Shown here one piece after another: positions 28,892 to 39,376 of a stretch of DNA of 64,000 nucleotides (position 1 is its first letter; every line of letters starts with the position of its first letter). The notes below the pieces were generated by a model. The model was not told the DNA's origin. It did no database searches and was given only the letters and a program-made list of their open reading frames with translations. The translations under genes and the position numbers were made by a program. The stretch covers positions 64,001 to 128,000 of the forward strand of contig CBDESZ010000003.1 in NCBI GenBank assembly GCA_965242725.1, written 5' to 3'. The DNA comes from Alkalispirochaeta sp. GTDB lineage: Bacteria > Spirochaetota > Spirochaetia > DSM-27196 > Alkalispirochaetaceae.

Positions 28892-29977
28892 GTGGTCGTT
28901 CACTTTCACGCTGATGACTGGCTGCTCTCGTCCGAGGGGAATCTGATGCGCCGGAGCACCGACGGAGGTGCGACCTGGCAGGAGATCGGCCGCATCCGGC
29001 CGGGCAGTGAAGGGGGGGCAGGCCGGCGCTATCGCCTCGGAATCGGCCGGTTGGGGCGCCGCCTCGTCAGAGGCGGTATTCGTCACGCCGTTTGCGGCGG
29101 CTCGCCGGAAGCCCGGACGATCATTGCCGTGGCGGCAAAACGGTTTTACCGCATGGACGGTACGGTTTTCGGGCACACCGGTAGGGCGGCGCCCGATGAA
29201 TCGGTCGTTCCCGGCGCCTTTGCCGTCGGTTCCAATCCGCTGTGCACGCCCGCCGTCGTTCCGGCCGCGACCATCTATTACGGTGAGTATCGCGCCAATC
29301 CGGAGCGCTCGCCCGTTCACGTCTGGCGCAGCGACGACCATGCAGCCACCTTCCACCCCGCCTGGACCTTCGCCGACGTCAGGCATGTACATGGCGTTTT
29401 TGCCGATCCATTTGATCCCGCCGCCCTCTGGGTGACCACCGGCGACGACGACTCCGAGAGCGCGATATGGTGTACAACAGACGCGTTTCGGACACTTGAG
29501 CCGATGGTCCGGGGCGGACAGCAGGCGCGGGCGGTGGACCTCATATTTACCACTGATGCCGTCTATTTCGGCTCGGATACGCCTCGTGAACAGAACTGGT
29601 GGTACCGCATGGATCGCCGCACCGGCCGTGTGGAGCGACAGATTCCCGTCGGCGGCAGCGTCTTCTGGGCGCGGACGACGCCCGACGGCTGGCGTGTCTT
29701 CTCCACGGTGGTTGAAAAAAGTGCGGTCAACAAGAGTCGGTACGCCGAGCTCTGGGCCGCTCCTCCCGGCAATGACGAGTGGCGTCGCATCCTCGCGTTG
29801 AAAAAGGACCCCTTCCACGACAAGTACTTTGACCATGGGCAGATCCGCTTCGCCGCGGGGCCCGGGGCGCCGGGTATCGTCTGGATCACGCCGTACGCCG
29901 TTGCGGGGGATCAGCAAAGCAGGATAATCGAACTTGCGTCGAGGTGGGCGGATGCACCGTCGGGAGCGGTTCGGTGA
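28892..29977 (+). CDS. Asp-box (BNR) beta-propeller protein, sialidase-like fold, function unknown
   Basis: Asp-boxes 'RSTDGGATW', 'RSDDHAATF', 'TTDAFRTL', plus 'YYGEY', 'RHVHGVFADPF', 'LWVTTGD' and 'YFGSD'. Start uncertain: the ORF is open from 28715, but that overlaps the divergent gene. Confidence 0.6.
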   Translation: MVVHFHADDWLLSSEGNLMRRSTDGGATWQEIGRIRPGSEGGAGRRYRLGIGRLGRRLVRGGIRHAVCGGSPEARTIIAVAAKRFYRMDGTVFGHTGRAAPDESVVPGAFAVGSNPLCTPAVVPAATIYYGEYRANPERSPVHVWRSDDHAATFHPAWTFADVRHVHGVFADPFDPAALWVTTGDDDSESAIWCTTDAFRTLEPMVRGGQQARAVDLIFTTDAVYFGSDTPREQNWWYRMDRRTGRVERQIPVGGSVFWARTTPDGWRVFSTVVEKSAVNKSRYAELWAAPPGNDEWRRILALKKDPFHDKYFDHGQIRFAAGPGAPGIVWITPYAVAGDQQSRIIELASRWADAPSGAVR

Positions 29978-31795
29978 CGACCGGATCGACGGGGAAGGGG
30001 GGCCGCGCCGGCCGCCTCCATCGCCTGGGGCGATTATACCGCACCGTCCGCCACCTCCGCCCCCGACAGATCGTCTTCCGTCTCGTCCGGCGCGGCCCCG
30101 CCGCCCGCCTGGAGAAGCGCATACTCGGTCCGCGGTGGCGCCGCTTCAGCCGATGCATGGAAGGTGTCACCCGCACGGTTGTGGACACCCCCACTGGGCA
30201 GAATCCCTTCGCCGCTGCGCCGAATCCGCCGGCGATCCTTGCACGGGAGGGCCTGTCGGTAGACGGCGTCCCGGCGCCGGTCGATCCCGGCGAGTGGATC
30301 GAGGCCGGACATTCCCGCTTCCGCCTCTACCGCCTCCACGCAAATCTCTTTCTCGCCCATCCGGAGACGGACGGAGCGGCGGCCGTCGCATTTCTCGGGA
30401 GATATATCGCCCTACTCGCGGGGGAAGATGAAGCCGGTCGGGCGGACGCCTTTCAGGTCGCCTGGGAACCCCATCCCCTTTCTTTGCGCATCATCAGCTG
30501 GGTTCAATGTGCCGCCGCCGCTGCGGCGAGGGGGTGGGAGCTTCCCCGCCGTTTTCCCCGCCGCCCTTTTTTGTCAGGCCCGGGTTCTCTCGCGGCGTGT
30601 TGAGTATGAAACCGACGGAAACCACCTCATAGACAACGCCGCCGCGCTTGTCCTTGCAGCGCGGCTCCTTGGAACCTGGGGCGCCCCTGATGCGGGAGTT
30701 TTGTATCTCCGGGGCGTTCGTCTCCTGCTACGGGAACTTCCACGGCAGCTCCTCCCGACGGGGTTTCACGACGAGCGTTCACCCATGTACCACAACCTCA
30801 TGACCGAAAAGGTGCTGGATGTTCTGGCCGTTCTTGATCCAGATAAACGTAGTGAAAGCAGGTTGATCGGCTATGCACGGGAGATGGTCCGGCGGGCAGG
30901 GTTCTTTGGCGACGTTCAGCCCGCTCTGAACGATACCTTTCCGGGTATGGGACCCGCGGCGGAGGATCTTAACCGGTACGCCGCCGCGCTTGGCATTTCG
31001 TCCGGGGACGGCGGTTCCCCGGATGTTGCCGCTCTTTCTGCCGTGGCCCCTCGCCGGTTTGCTCCCGCTCTGTACAACGTCATTCGCGGTCACTTCCGCG
31101 TCCTTTTTGACGCCGACGCCGTGGGGCCCGATCACGTCCCGGGACACGCCCACGCCGATACGCTTCAAATCCTCCTGTGGTACGACGGCGTCCCCACACT
31201 TGTGGACACCGGGACGAGCACCTATGATCCCGGCCCGCGCCGGGAATACGAGCGGAGCACCGCCGCCCATAACACCGTTGCCGTCGGAGGGGGCGATTCC
31301 AGCGAGGTGTGGGGTGCGTTTCGTGTCGGTCGCCGCGCCCTGGTCATCGAAAACCGCACGCTTGTGGACACTCCCCGGGAATGGAAAGCGGAGGCCGCCC
31401 ACGACGGCTTCCGGTGGCGCGGCGCCATCCACCGGCGGGCGGTATCGCTTACTCCTGAGCGGATTGTCGTGACCGATCGGGTGATCCCCGCCGGCGGTGC
31501 CGGAGCGTCCCGCCGTGCTGCTTCCGGTCCGCTCGCCCCCGGGTCGGGCGGCTCCTCACCCGCGACACCCAACCGCGCCTTTTGGCACGTCGCGCCGGAA
31601 GTCGCGCTGACGGTACGGAAAATCTCCGCGAGGCGGGTTGCCCTGAACGGTCTTGAGTGTGAATTCCGCGGCGCGACGAAGTTCTATATAAAGAAAAGTG
31701 AGATCGCGGCGGGCTTTGAGAAGCGTGTGGAAAGCGTTACAATCGTCGTTGAATTTGAATCGGAATTGGAGTCAATCATTGAACCAGGACATTAA
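29974..31795 (+). pseudogene. Heparinase II/III-like protein with one +1 frameshift near 30545 (probably a sequencing error)
   Basis: Frame +1: 'LYRTVRHLRPRQI', 'AWEPHPLSLRIISW'. Frame +2: 'EYETDGNHLIDN', 'ERSPMYH', 'PGHAHADTL', 'DTGTSTY', 'RSTAAHNTV', 'SSEVWGAFRVGRRA'. The junction is in CTTCCCCGCC. Confidence 0.8.
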
Positions 31796-33026
31796 AACCA
31801 TTTGTGTGGTCGGGCTGGGATATATCGGGCTGCCTACGGCGGCACTTCTTGCCAATCGGGGATATCGCGTCTTCGGCGTCGATGTGCAGGCGCGGGTGGT
31901 GGAAACCATCAACCGCGGGGAGATCCATATCGTTGAACCGGATCTGGACAGTTTTGTCCGTTCCGCCGTGGGAACCGGCGCCTTGACGGCGCATGCCGAC
32001 GCACAGCCGGCGGATGTTTTTGTGATCGCCGTTCCGACGCCCCTGACGGATACCAAGGCGCCGCGCATGGACTACGTCTGGAACGCGGCGGAGATGATCG
32101 CGCCGGTGGTGAAGCCGGGCAATCTGGTCATTCTCGAGTCCACGTCACCTGTGGGCACCACCGAGAAGGTAGGTGAGGTTCTCGCCACCAAAGGTGTCGA
32201 TCTCACGACGATCCACCTCGCCCATTGCCCGGAACGGGTGCTTCCCGGACGGATCATGATCGAACTCAGCGAGAACGATCGCATCGTCGGCGGCGTCTCC
32301 GCGGCGGCGACGAGCCATGTCGCGGAGTTTTACCGCTCCTTTGTCGTTGGCGAAGTTCTCGAGACGACCGCCCGCACCGCGGAGATGACCAAGCTTGTTG
32401 AAAACGCCTCAAGGGATGTGCAGATCGCCTTTGCAAACGAACTCTCCCTCCTGAGCGATCGATTCGGCGTGGACGTGTGGGAGGTTATCGAGATGGCCAA
32501 CCACCATCCCCGGGTGAATATTCTCAAACCCGGTCCGGGCGTGGGAGGCCACTGCATCGCCGTTGATCCCTGGTTTCTCGTAGACGGTGCTCCCGATGAA
32601 GCGATACTGATCCGCACCGCCCGGGAACGGAACCTCGCCAAGACCGACTGGGTTGTTGAGGAAATTGTCCGGCGCGCCCGGGAGATCGGCGGCCCGAACG
32701 ACGACGGCTCGACCAAAGACAATCCGGCAACCGGACAAGCGCGGCCGGCGGCCACCGTCGCCGTGATGGGGCTGGCATACAAGGCCGACATCGACGATCT
32801 CAGGGAGTCTCCGGCGCTCTATGTCGCCCGGCAGCTGAAGGCCGCCGGTTTGCCCCTTCGTGTCTCGGAGCCCAACGTTGAAGAACACGGAGAGTTTGAA
32901 CTTCTCGATCCCCAGGATGCCGTCGATGGCGCCGATCTGGTTGTCTTCCTGGTGGCCCATCGGGAGTTCCGTGAGGTCACTACGGGTGACAAGGCGGTGA
33001 TGGACGTCTGCGGGGCGCGGCGATGA
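31779..33026 (+). CDS. wecC: UDP-N-acetyl-D-mannosamine dehydrogenase
   Basis: 'VVGLGYIGLPTA', 'GEIHIVEPDL', 'ESTSPVGTT', 'CPERVLPG', 'PGPGVGGHCIAVDPWF', 'DIDDLRESP'. TTG start after GGAG. Confidence 0.9.
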   Translation: MNQDIKTICVVGLGYIGLPTAALLANRGYRVFGVDVQARVVETINRGEIHIVEPDLDSFVRSAVGTGALTAHADAQPADVFVIAVPTPLTDTKAPRMDYVWNAAEMIAPVVKPGNLVILESTSPVGTTEKVGEVLATKGVDLTTIHLAHCPERVLPGRIMIELSENDRIVGGVSAAATSHVAEFYRSFVVGEVLETTARTAEMTKLVENASRDVQIAFANELSLLSDRFGVDVWEVIEMANHHPRVNILKPGPGVGGHCIAVDPWFLVDGAPDEAILIRTARERNLAKTDWVVEEIVRRAREIGGPNDDGSTKDNPATGQARPAATVAVMGLAYKADIDDLRESPALYVARQLKAAGLPLRVSEPNVEEHGEFELLDPQDAVDGADLVVFLVAHREFREVTTGDKAVMDVCGARR

Positions 33027-34336
33027 GCGGCGGTACGTCAAAAGGCAGTGCGTCAACCGGTGCCGGGAAGGGCGCCCACCCGGCCGAAAAGAAGGACAAA
33101 ACCGTCCTCTTTGTCGTCGGAACGCGCCCCGAGGCGATCAAGCTGGCCCCGGTAATTCTTGCCGCCCGGGAACGGGAAGGGCTTACGCCATTTGTCCTGT
33201 CGACGGGCCAGCACCGGGAGATGCTTGCCCAGGTATTCGGTCTCTTCGGAATCGTCCCCGACGAGGATCTGGCGATCATGAAGCCGGGGCAGGATCTCTT
33301 TGACGTTTCCTCGGCGGTTCTGCTCGGTATGCGTGACGTTATCCGGGCCCACCGTCCCGATATGGTGGTTGTCCAGGGCGATACAACGAGCTGTTTCGTC
33401 GGCGCCCTCGCCGCCTTCTACGAGCGGGTACCGGTGGCTCACGTGGAAGCGGGGTTGCGCACGTATGACCTTGCGGCGCCCTTTCCCGAAGAGGCAAACC
33501 GACAACTGGCAAGCCGTATCGCCACGCTCCATTTTCCCCCCACCGACGGCTCCGCCGGTCACCTCACGGAGGAGGGCGTGGACCCCGCCGATATCACCGT
33601 CACGGGAAACACCGTGATCGACGCACTGTTGTGGGTGCGGGATCGGCTGGATGCGGCGGAAAGTCCCGACGACGGCGCTTCAGCCCGTTCCGCCACCTCC
33701 GCCCCCGATGTGATCGTCCGGGGCCTGGAAGAGCTGCGGAGCGCCTGGTCGGAAGTGGACAGCGGGAAACCCTATGTCCTCATTACCGGACATCGGCGGG
33801 AGAATTTCGGCGGTGGATTTGAGTCACTGTGCCGGGCAATCGCGGACCTTGCCGGACTGTACCGGGAGTGGAATTTCGTCTATCCCGTCCATTTAAATCC
33901 AAACGTACAGGAGCCGGTGCGACGTATCCTCGGTACTACGGATAATGTCTTTCTTATCGAACCCCAGGACTATGCACCCTTTGTTCGTCTCATGGACGGT
34001 GCACGGTTTATCCTCACCGACTCGGGGGGCGTACAGGAAGAGGCTCCATCCCTTGGAAAGCCGGTGCTTGTCATGCGGGAAAAGACCGAACGTCCGGAAG
34101 CGGTAGAGGCGGGAACGGTCCGCCTCGTCGGAACCGACCGGGAGAGGATCGTCGCGGAAGCACGCCACCTCATTGATGATCCCGAACACTATGAGGCGAT
34201 GTCGCGGGCTCACAACCCCTACGGTGACGGGAAGGCGAGTGAACGTATTCTCGACGCCATCGCAGATTATTTTGACCGAATTGGATCGGGGACGACCGCC
34301 GCCTCAGGCCGCCAGGCCGGACCCGGGACTTCCTGA
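33023..34336 (+). CDS. wecB: UDP-GlcNAc 2-epimerase (non-hydrolysing)
   Basis: 'GTRPEAIK', 'TGQHREML', 'QGDTT', 'HVEAGLR', 'PFPEEANR', 'TDSGGVQEEAPSLGKP', 'NPYGDGKAS'. Confidence 0.93.
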   Translation: MSGGTSKGSASTGAGKGAHPAEKKDKTVLFVVGTRPEAIKLAPVILAAREREGLTPFVLSTGQHREMLAQVFGLFGIVPDEDLAIMKPGQDLFDVSSAVLLGMRDVIRAHRPDMVVVQGDTTSCFVGALAAFYERVPVAHVEAGLRTYDLAAPFPEEANRQLASRIATLHFPPTDGSAGHLTEEGVDPADITVTGNTVIDALLWVRDRLDAAESPDDGASARSATSAPDVIVRGLEELRSAWSEVDSGKPYVLITGHRRENFGGGFESLCRAIADLAGLYREWNFVYPVHLNPNVQEPVRRILGTTDNVFLIEPQDYAPFVRLMDGARFILTDSGGVQEEAPSLGKPVLVMREKTERPEAVEAGTVRLVGTDRERIVAEARHLIDDPEHYEAMSRAHNPYGDGKASERILDAIADYFDRIGSGTTAASGRQAGPGTS

Positions 34337-34347
34337 CGGGGATTGAC

Positions 34348-35664
34348 GTGAAGATCCTCGTCATCTCCCAGTACTATCGTCCCGATATCACGGCCGCCGC
34401 CTTTCGCATCGCCGAGACGGCGGATCTCCTGGCCGAAATGGGTCATGACGTTTCCGTAGTGACGTCGGAACCGCACCGCGCCCAGGCGTCCGGTGACCGT
34501 AACCCGGGGGCCGGGGAGGTTCCCGCCGAGGGAATTAACCCGACCATACACCGCGTAGCGATCGACCCCCTTTCAGGCGGCGGAATGCGACCGTACCTGC
34601 GTCACTTCTTCTCATTTGTCCTCCGGGCACGGCGACGGGCCCGCCGTCTTTTCCGCGACGGCTATCGTCCCGATGTCATCTGGGTGAGTTCGCCGCCCCT
34701 CTTTGTGGGGCTCATCGGCACTGCGGCCGCAAGATGGTCGGGCGCACCGATGGTTCTCGATATTCGCGATGTCTGGCCCGATACTGCCGTTGCGGCGGGG
34801 CAGATTTCCCGTGAGGGTCGGGCGTACAAGGTCGGGCGTTTTCTTGAACATTGGCTCTATCGGAAGGCAGCGGCCTTTTCCTGCGTCGCCGAACCGATGG
34901 CGGAGTATCTCAGGGACGAGACCGGAGGCTCGCCGGAACGCGCTGAAACCGCGGGTGACGCCACGGTAGACGCCCCGCAATCCTTCACGCAGCCGATCGA
35001 GGTTGTGTATAACGGTGCGGGATTTGACGTCGTGGAACCCGTTCCCGCGGAAGATGTGCAGCGGACCGTCCTGTACGCCGGTAACCTCGGCCGCCTGCAG
35101 GGCATCGGCGCCCTGCTTCAGGCGTGGGCGGCCCTCGTGAAAGGCGAATCGACCCCGGATTGCGCGCCGGATAGCGCGGAGCAGGCCGCGCCGGCCGCGG
35201 GCTGGACGCTGGAAATCATCGGCGGCGGAGTGCTGGAAGAGGAGCTGCGCAGACAGGTGAATGAGCTCGGTATAGGCGAATCGGTACGATTCCGCGGGGT
35301 CATGGCCAAGGGGGATACGGTCCGGGAAATGGCCCGGGCGGGCATTCTCTTCCTCAACCTGATCTCCCGTCCCGTTTTTGATCTCACGATTCCCAGCAAG
35401 CTCTTTGATTATCTTGCCGTGGGAAGGCCCATCGTCGGCGGCATATCAGGTGAGGGAAAGATGATCCTTGAGAAGACGCCGGGCAACCGGGCGGTCACAC
35501 CGGACAATTCCGACTCGATCGCAGCAGCCCTGCGGGAGATCATGAGCGGAGACGAATGGCGGTCATCGCTTCCTGAAAACCAGCGGCTGGCGGGAGATCG
35601 CTACTCCCGCCGGGCAAACGCCGCGGTCCTGGAGCGGCTCCTGACCCGCGTCGCCCGGCTGTAG
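34348..35664 (+). CDS. Glycosyltransferase family 4 (WbuB-like)
   Basis: 'ISQYYRPD', 'SSPPLF', 'DIRDVWPD', 'LYAGNLGRLQ', 'TIPSKLFDYLAVGRPI'. Confidence 0.88.
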   Translation: MKILVISQYYRPDITAAAFRIAETADLLAEMGHDVSVVTSEPHRAQASGDRNPGAGEVPAEGINPTIHRVAIDPLSGGGMRPYLRHFFSFVLRARRRARRLFRDGYRPDVIWVSSPPLFVGLIGTAAARWSGAPMVLDIRDVWPDTAVAAGQISREGRAYKVGRFLEHWLYRKAAAFSCVAEPMAEYLRDETGGSPERAETAGDATVDAPQSFTQPIEVVYNGAGFDVVEPVPAEDVQRTVLYAGNLGRLQGIGALLQAWAALVKGESTPDCAPDSAEQAAPAAGWTLEIIGGGVLEEELRRQVNELGIGESVRFRGVMAKGDTVREMARAGILFLNLISRPVFDLTIPSKLFDYLAVGRPIVGGISGEGKMILEKTPGNRAVTPDNSDSIAAALREIMSGDEWRSSLPENQRLAGDRYSRRANAAVLERLLTRVARL

Positions 35665-35709
35665 CTCACCGGCCGGAGGCGCCGGCAACCGCAGGCGTCC
35701 GGTGTACCC

Positions 35710-37470
35710 TCAGTACGTATACCGCAGCGAAAAATTGGAGTAGTGGTTGACCTCGTCGTCGGTATAGGTGGTGTACCCGCCGCCACCGTCGCTCGCGGCG
35801 TCGTCCGTCCACACATACTCTATCGGCCGGCGGACGTACTCATAGGTATATCCCAGGCCGAGGTGCAGCGCACTTTTGCCGACCGGTACGGTCAGATCAC
35901 CCCTGAGTCCCGCCTGATACCGTCGTTCCAGATGGTCCTGCGTCAGGAATCCGAACGTCTCGTTGTAGACGAGATCGCCGGGGGCCCAGAAGTAGTCGGT
36001 ATTCGTGTTGTTGTCAAAATCCCCGTCCCGCCCCGCGTCGTAGTACCCTCCGTCATTGAGAAACTGGTCCAACTCCCCCTCGGAGGCGTTGGCGTGGCGA
36101 ATGATCGTCCCCGTCGCCTCCAGGCGCAGCCACGACGCCGGAGCCGCCGACGCCGTCAGGCGTGCCCGGTCCGAGTTGGGTAACAAGCCGTTGCCGATGC
36201 TCGTCTCGTGGTGCATGTAGGTGAGATAGTTGGGCTCCGTCGTGTAGGGGTTGGTGGCGGCGTGGGTGTACATATAGGGAAGGACCGCCTCATAGCTCGC
36301 TTCAAACATCGGCTGCCATGAGCCCTCGGGCGCCCACTGTATCGCCGAGGCGGTGGCCATGAGGTACTTGGTGTCGAAATTGAACGTGGCGATGTCATTG
36401 AATCCCGCGTCATCGACGTAGACCATCAGGGGAATACGCAATCCCGGCGTCGGACGGATGTCCGCGCTCAGCCCGATAAAGGAGTTGTCCGCAAAGGCGG
36501 CGTTCCCCTGGGCGTGCCAGAGAAACTTCAGGGGAAGGAGATAATTGAGCTCCGTCCGCGGTCCGAAAACCACCGCTTCAAAGAAGGAGAACTCAAACCA
36601 TTTCGCCGGGCGGAATCCAAAGCTCTGAATAAAGAGTTTTTTTCCCGGAACTTCCAGCGCCTGGGCCTTGAAGTCGTCCGTCCCATCCTGGTCGACGTCC
36701 GTGTTCAACGAATGGTCGGGATCGTCGATTTTCTGAAAGCGCGCCACCGCCGTATGTGACGAGAGGGACGCCGTATACCGCAACGGACCAATGTCGTACT
36801 GGAGGATTGCATTTCCCGCCTGGGGAGCGTAACGGCTCAGGACGGGGCTCTCCTCGTGAAAGGGACCGTAGGAGCGCCGGTGAATACCTGCCCTGATGGA
36901 GAGGTTTTCCCACTCCAGGGTCGTCTGGGTGTTGATCTGGAGGAGTGTGTAAATATCGCGGCCGCGGACGGTCACCTTGGCGTTGTCCTCGAGGACGTCT
37001 TCGGTCGCCCGTATGCCTGAGGGAACGAGGTCTTCCGCACCCCGCTCGATGAGCCATCCGCTGAAACTTCCGCCGAATGAGAGCGCATCCGTGAGACGCC
37101 CGCCCCCTTCGATGCCCGCGGTGGCTTTCGGCTGGATCTCGTCGTCCCTGGTGTAGAGACGGACGTCCATGAAGGGACTCCCGTATATCGAGCCTTCACC
37201 CTGCGGCGTGATTTCGTCAAGAAAACGCTGCGCCTCCGTCCGTTCCTGAGGCGAGCCGCGGCGAATCACATCTCCCAGAAGCGTTTCAAGTTCCGTTAGC
37301 GAGTAGGGTTGGATCACCGGCACCTGTTCCACCAGCCCCCGGGCGATCCAGCGGTCCAGCGCACGGTAGACCGGATGGTTCGGGTCGGTCGTCATCTCGG
37401 CGCCGACGGTCAACGGCGCGACGATGCCGATCGCCGCAATCAAAACCACGTATAAAAAATTTCGTTTCAT
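35710..37470 (-). CDS. Wzi-like outer-membrane protein
   Basis: Signal peptide (..LTVGAE), 'HPVYRALDRW...QPYS', 'FEFSFFEAVVFG', 'DNSFIG', 'PYMYTH', 'PNSDR', C-terminal 'FSLRYTY'. Confidence 0.55.
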   Translation of the reverse strand: MKRNFLYVVLIAAIGIVAPLTVGAEMTTDPNHPVYRALDRWIARGLVEQVPVIQPYSLTELETLLGDVIRRGSPQERTEAQRFLDEITPQGEGSIYGSPFMDVRLYTRDDEIQPKATAGIEGGGRLTDALSFGGSFSGWLIERGAEDLVPSGIRATEDVLEDNAKVTVRGRDIYTLLQINTQTTLEWENLSIRAGIHRRSYGPFHEESPVLSRYAPQAGNAILQYDIGPLRYTASLSSHTAVARFQKIDDPDHSLNTDVDQDGTDDFKAQALEVPGKKLFIQSFGFRPAKWFEFSFFEAVVFGPRTELNYLLPLKFLWHAQGNAAFADNSFIGLSADIRPTPGLRIPLMVYVDDAGFNDIATFNFDTKYLMATASAIQWAPEGSWQPMFEASYEAVLPYMYTHAATNPYTTEPNYLTYMHHETSIGNGLLPNSDRARLTASAAPASWLRLEATGTIIRHANASEGELDQFLNDGGYYDAGRDGDFDNNTNTDYFWAPGDLVYNETFGFLTQDHLERRYQAGLRGDLTVPVGKSALHLGLGYTYEYVRRPIEYVWTDDAASDGGGGYTTYTDDEVNHYSNFSLRYTY

Positions 37471-37490
37471 GAGAAGCCCTTTCAAAAAAA

Positions 37491-37519
37491 ATTACACCCC
37501 GATTTCCGCTGCACGTCAA
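37491..37519 (-). promoter_or_regulatory. Putative sigma70 promoter for the 37470 gene
   Basis: Minus strand TTGACG, 17 nt spacer, TGTAAT. Confidence 0.45.
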
Positions 37520-37559
37520 TGATACGCCTTCCCGTTCTCACACCCGGAGATCTCCACCC

Positions 37560-38456
37560 CTACGCCGTGAGAGACAGCATACGGTCGGCCCGGTCAAATT
37601 GCACCGTCTCGCACAGGCGGCGCAGTCGTGAGGCCGTTCGGTGAAGATTCACATAATGACGGAACCGGTAGGAGCGCCGTATGTTTTCCACCCGCGGTTG
37701 GCCGGGATCTACCTCCCAGGGGTGCAGGTAAAATATTTGCCCCGTCCCGCGTTCAATAGCCTTCCTGAATCCCGCCGCAAAGAGGGGGGAGGGGATCAGG
37801 CGGAAATAGCCGCCGCCGCCCCAGGGAAGTTCCCGCCGTCCCACCGTGAGCGTCGCGATGGGGATTTCCGCAATGCCCGCCGCGCCGGAGACGCTCTCAC
37901 CCGACGTGACGCTCCCACCCGCGCCGGAGACGTTATCCGTGACACCGGAGTCCGCCGCCGCCGTGCCGTCCTCCGCCGTAAGCGCCCCGTAGCGGTCATG
38001 ACCGCTCACGGGAAAGTGGCTGGAATCGTACCGGTGTCCCGTCTCCGCGAGAATGTCCAGCGCCCAGGGGGTGATTGAAAAACTTGGCGCCCGATATCCG
38101 AGAACTTCGGTGCCGGTGATTCCTTCAAGAATATCCTTTGCCCGGACCACATCCTCCCGGAACGCCTCAGGCGTTTGGTCGTAGATGAGATAGTGACCGT
38201 ATCCGTGGCTCGCAATCTCGTGTCCGGCGGACTGTATTCGCCTGATCAGCGCCGGGGAGCGCTCAGCCACCCAACCGAGGCAGAAAAAGGTTGCCCTGGT
38301 ATCGGTCTCGGCAAAAATGTCGAGGAGGAGCTCCGTATTCGCCTCAACCCGGTACTCCCGATCGTTCCAGCTCTCCCGCGGGATGGCGCTCTTGAGGTTT
38401 TCCACCTGAAACCAGTCTTCCACGTCGACGGACATGATGGATGCGGGTCGTTCCAT
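37560..38456 (-). CDS. Polysaccharide deacetylase (NodB/CE4 plus DUF3473; XrtA-system-like)
   Basis: 'SVDVEDWFQV', 'ATFFCLGWVAER', 'GHEIASHGYGH', 'GYRAPSFSI', 'GGGGYFRL', 'FYLHPWEVDP.QP', 'RFRHY'. Confidence 0.9.
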   Translation of the reverse strand: MERPASIMSVDVEDWFQVENLKSAIPRESWNDREYRVEANTELLLDIFAETDTRATFFCLGWVAERSPALIRRIQSAGHEIASHGYGHYLIYDQTPEAFREDVVRAKDILEGITGTEVLGYRAPSFSITPWALDILAETGHRYDSSHFPVSGHDRYGALTAEDGTAAADSGVTDNVSGAGGSVTSGESVSGAAGIAEIPIATLTVGRRELPWGGGGYFRLIPSPLFAAGFRKAIERGTGQIFYLHPWEVDPGQPRVENIRRSYRFRHYVNLHRTASRLRRLCETVQFDRADRMLSLTA

Positions 38457-39376
38457 CACCACACCCGGTATCCCCGACGCCGAAACTCCCGCGCTTCCTT
38501 CCTTGTCGGCCAGGTGTAGTAACTTCCCTCTCCGGAGAGCGGGCGTCGCGTCGCCGTTCCCCGATACACTTCCCGAAGAAAGTCCCACAACGCCCGGGCC
38601 GAGTTTTCCTTCGTCCGCGCCATGAGATCCTCGAGGCTCATGGACGGTTCTATCGGTGTCGCCGAGCGGAAGAGGATGTCTCCCTTGTCGAGCTCCCGTA
38701 CCATCTCGTGGATCGTCAGGACCGACGCGGATTCGCCGTCAAACATCTGCCGGAAGTTGGGCAGCATTCCCCGGTATCGCGGCAGCGGGGCGTTATGAAG
38801 ATTTACACAGCCGATTTTCGGTATCGATAAAAGGGTCCGGCCGAAAATCTGGCTCGCCGATACGGAGACCACCAGATCGATCTCCTCCTCCCGCAGCCAG
38901 CGGTGAAAGGAGGGGCCGTTTGCGTTGTTCGCCACGGGAGGTCGTCCCTGCGCACCGCTTTTCCCGCCGACGGATTGTTCCGGCTCAAAGGAAAGTATCG
39001 CCACTCCCGCGTCCCGGCAGTACTTCTCGATTCCCGACCCCGCAATCTTTGCCCATGCGTACCGGAAGAGCATTCTGATGAACCCGAGGGTTCCGTAGAG
39101 CTGCCAGACCCGCCTGGCCAGATCAACCCGCCTCGCCGAGCCGAGAGAGGGCTGCACCATGACGCCCAGGACCTCCACGATTTCCCGGTGTGAATTCAGG
39201 TTGCCGAGAAACTCCCTGAAAAAGGTTCCGATGTAGAAGGGATCTTCCTGGGTGACGATGACAACTTTCAGCGGTCGATGATAGGGCCCGTCCCCCCAGC
39301 GGGAGGTGGGGTGATTGTCGCGGGACGTCGCCTCCTCCTCGGGACCGTCCTCCGCGGGAAGGCGCGGATTCCTCAT
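38456..39376 (-). CDS. Formyltransferase (N10-formyl-THF dependent), probably glycan or nucleotide-sugar modifying
   Basis: 'VTQEDPFY', 'DLVVSVSASQIF', 'CVNLHNAPLPRYRG', 'LTIHEM..ELDKGDIL'. Lacks the Fmt C-terminal domain. Confidence 0.8.
   Translation of the reverse strand: MRNPRLPAEDGPEEEATSRDNHPTSRWGDGPYHRPLKVVIVTQEDPFYIGTFFREFLGNLNSHREIVEVLGVMVQPSLGSARRVDLARRVWQLYGTLGFIRMLFRYAWAKIAGSGIEKYCRDAGVAILSFEPEQSVGGKSGAQGRPPVANNANGPSFHRWLREEEIDLVVSVSASQIFGRTLLSIPKIGCVNLHNAPLPRYRGMLPNFRQMFDGESASVLTIHEMVRELDKGDILFRSATPIEPSMSLEDLMARTKENSARALWDFLREVYRGTATRRPLSGEGSYYTWPTRKEAREFRRRGYRVW

Noticed and set aside
37560..38456. Evidence of a PEP-CTERM/exosortase system
   Set aside because: Only the deacetylase family matches. 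I saw no exosortase or PEP-CTERM tail.
38456..39376. Methionyl-tRNA formyltransferase (fmt)
   Set aside because: Lacks the MGTP N-terminal motif and the C-terminal domain, and sits in a glycan operon.
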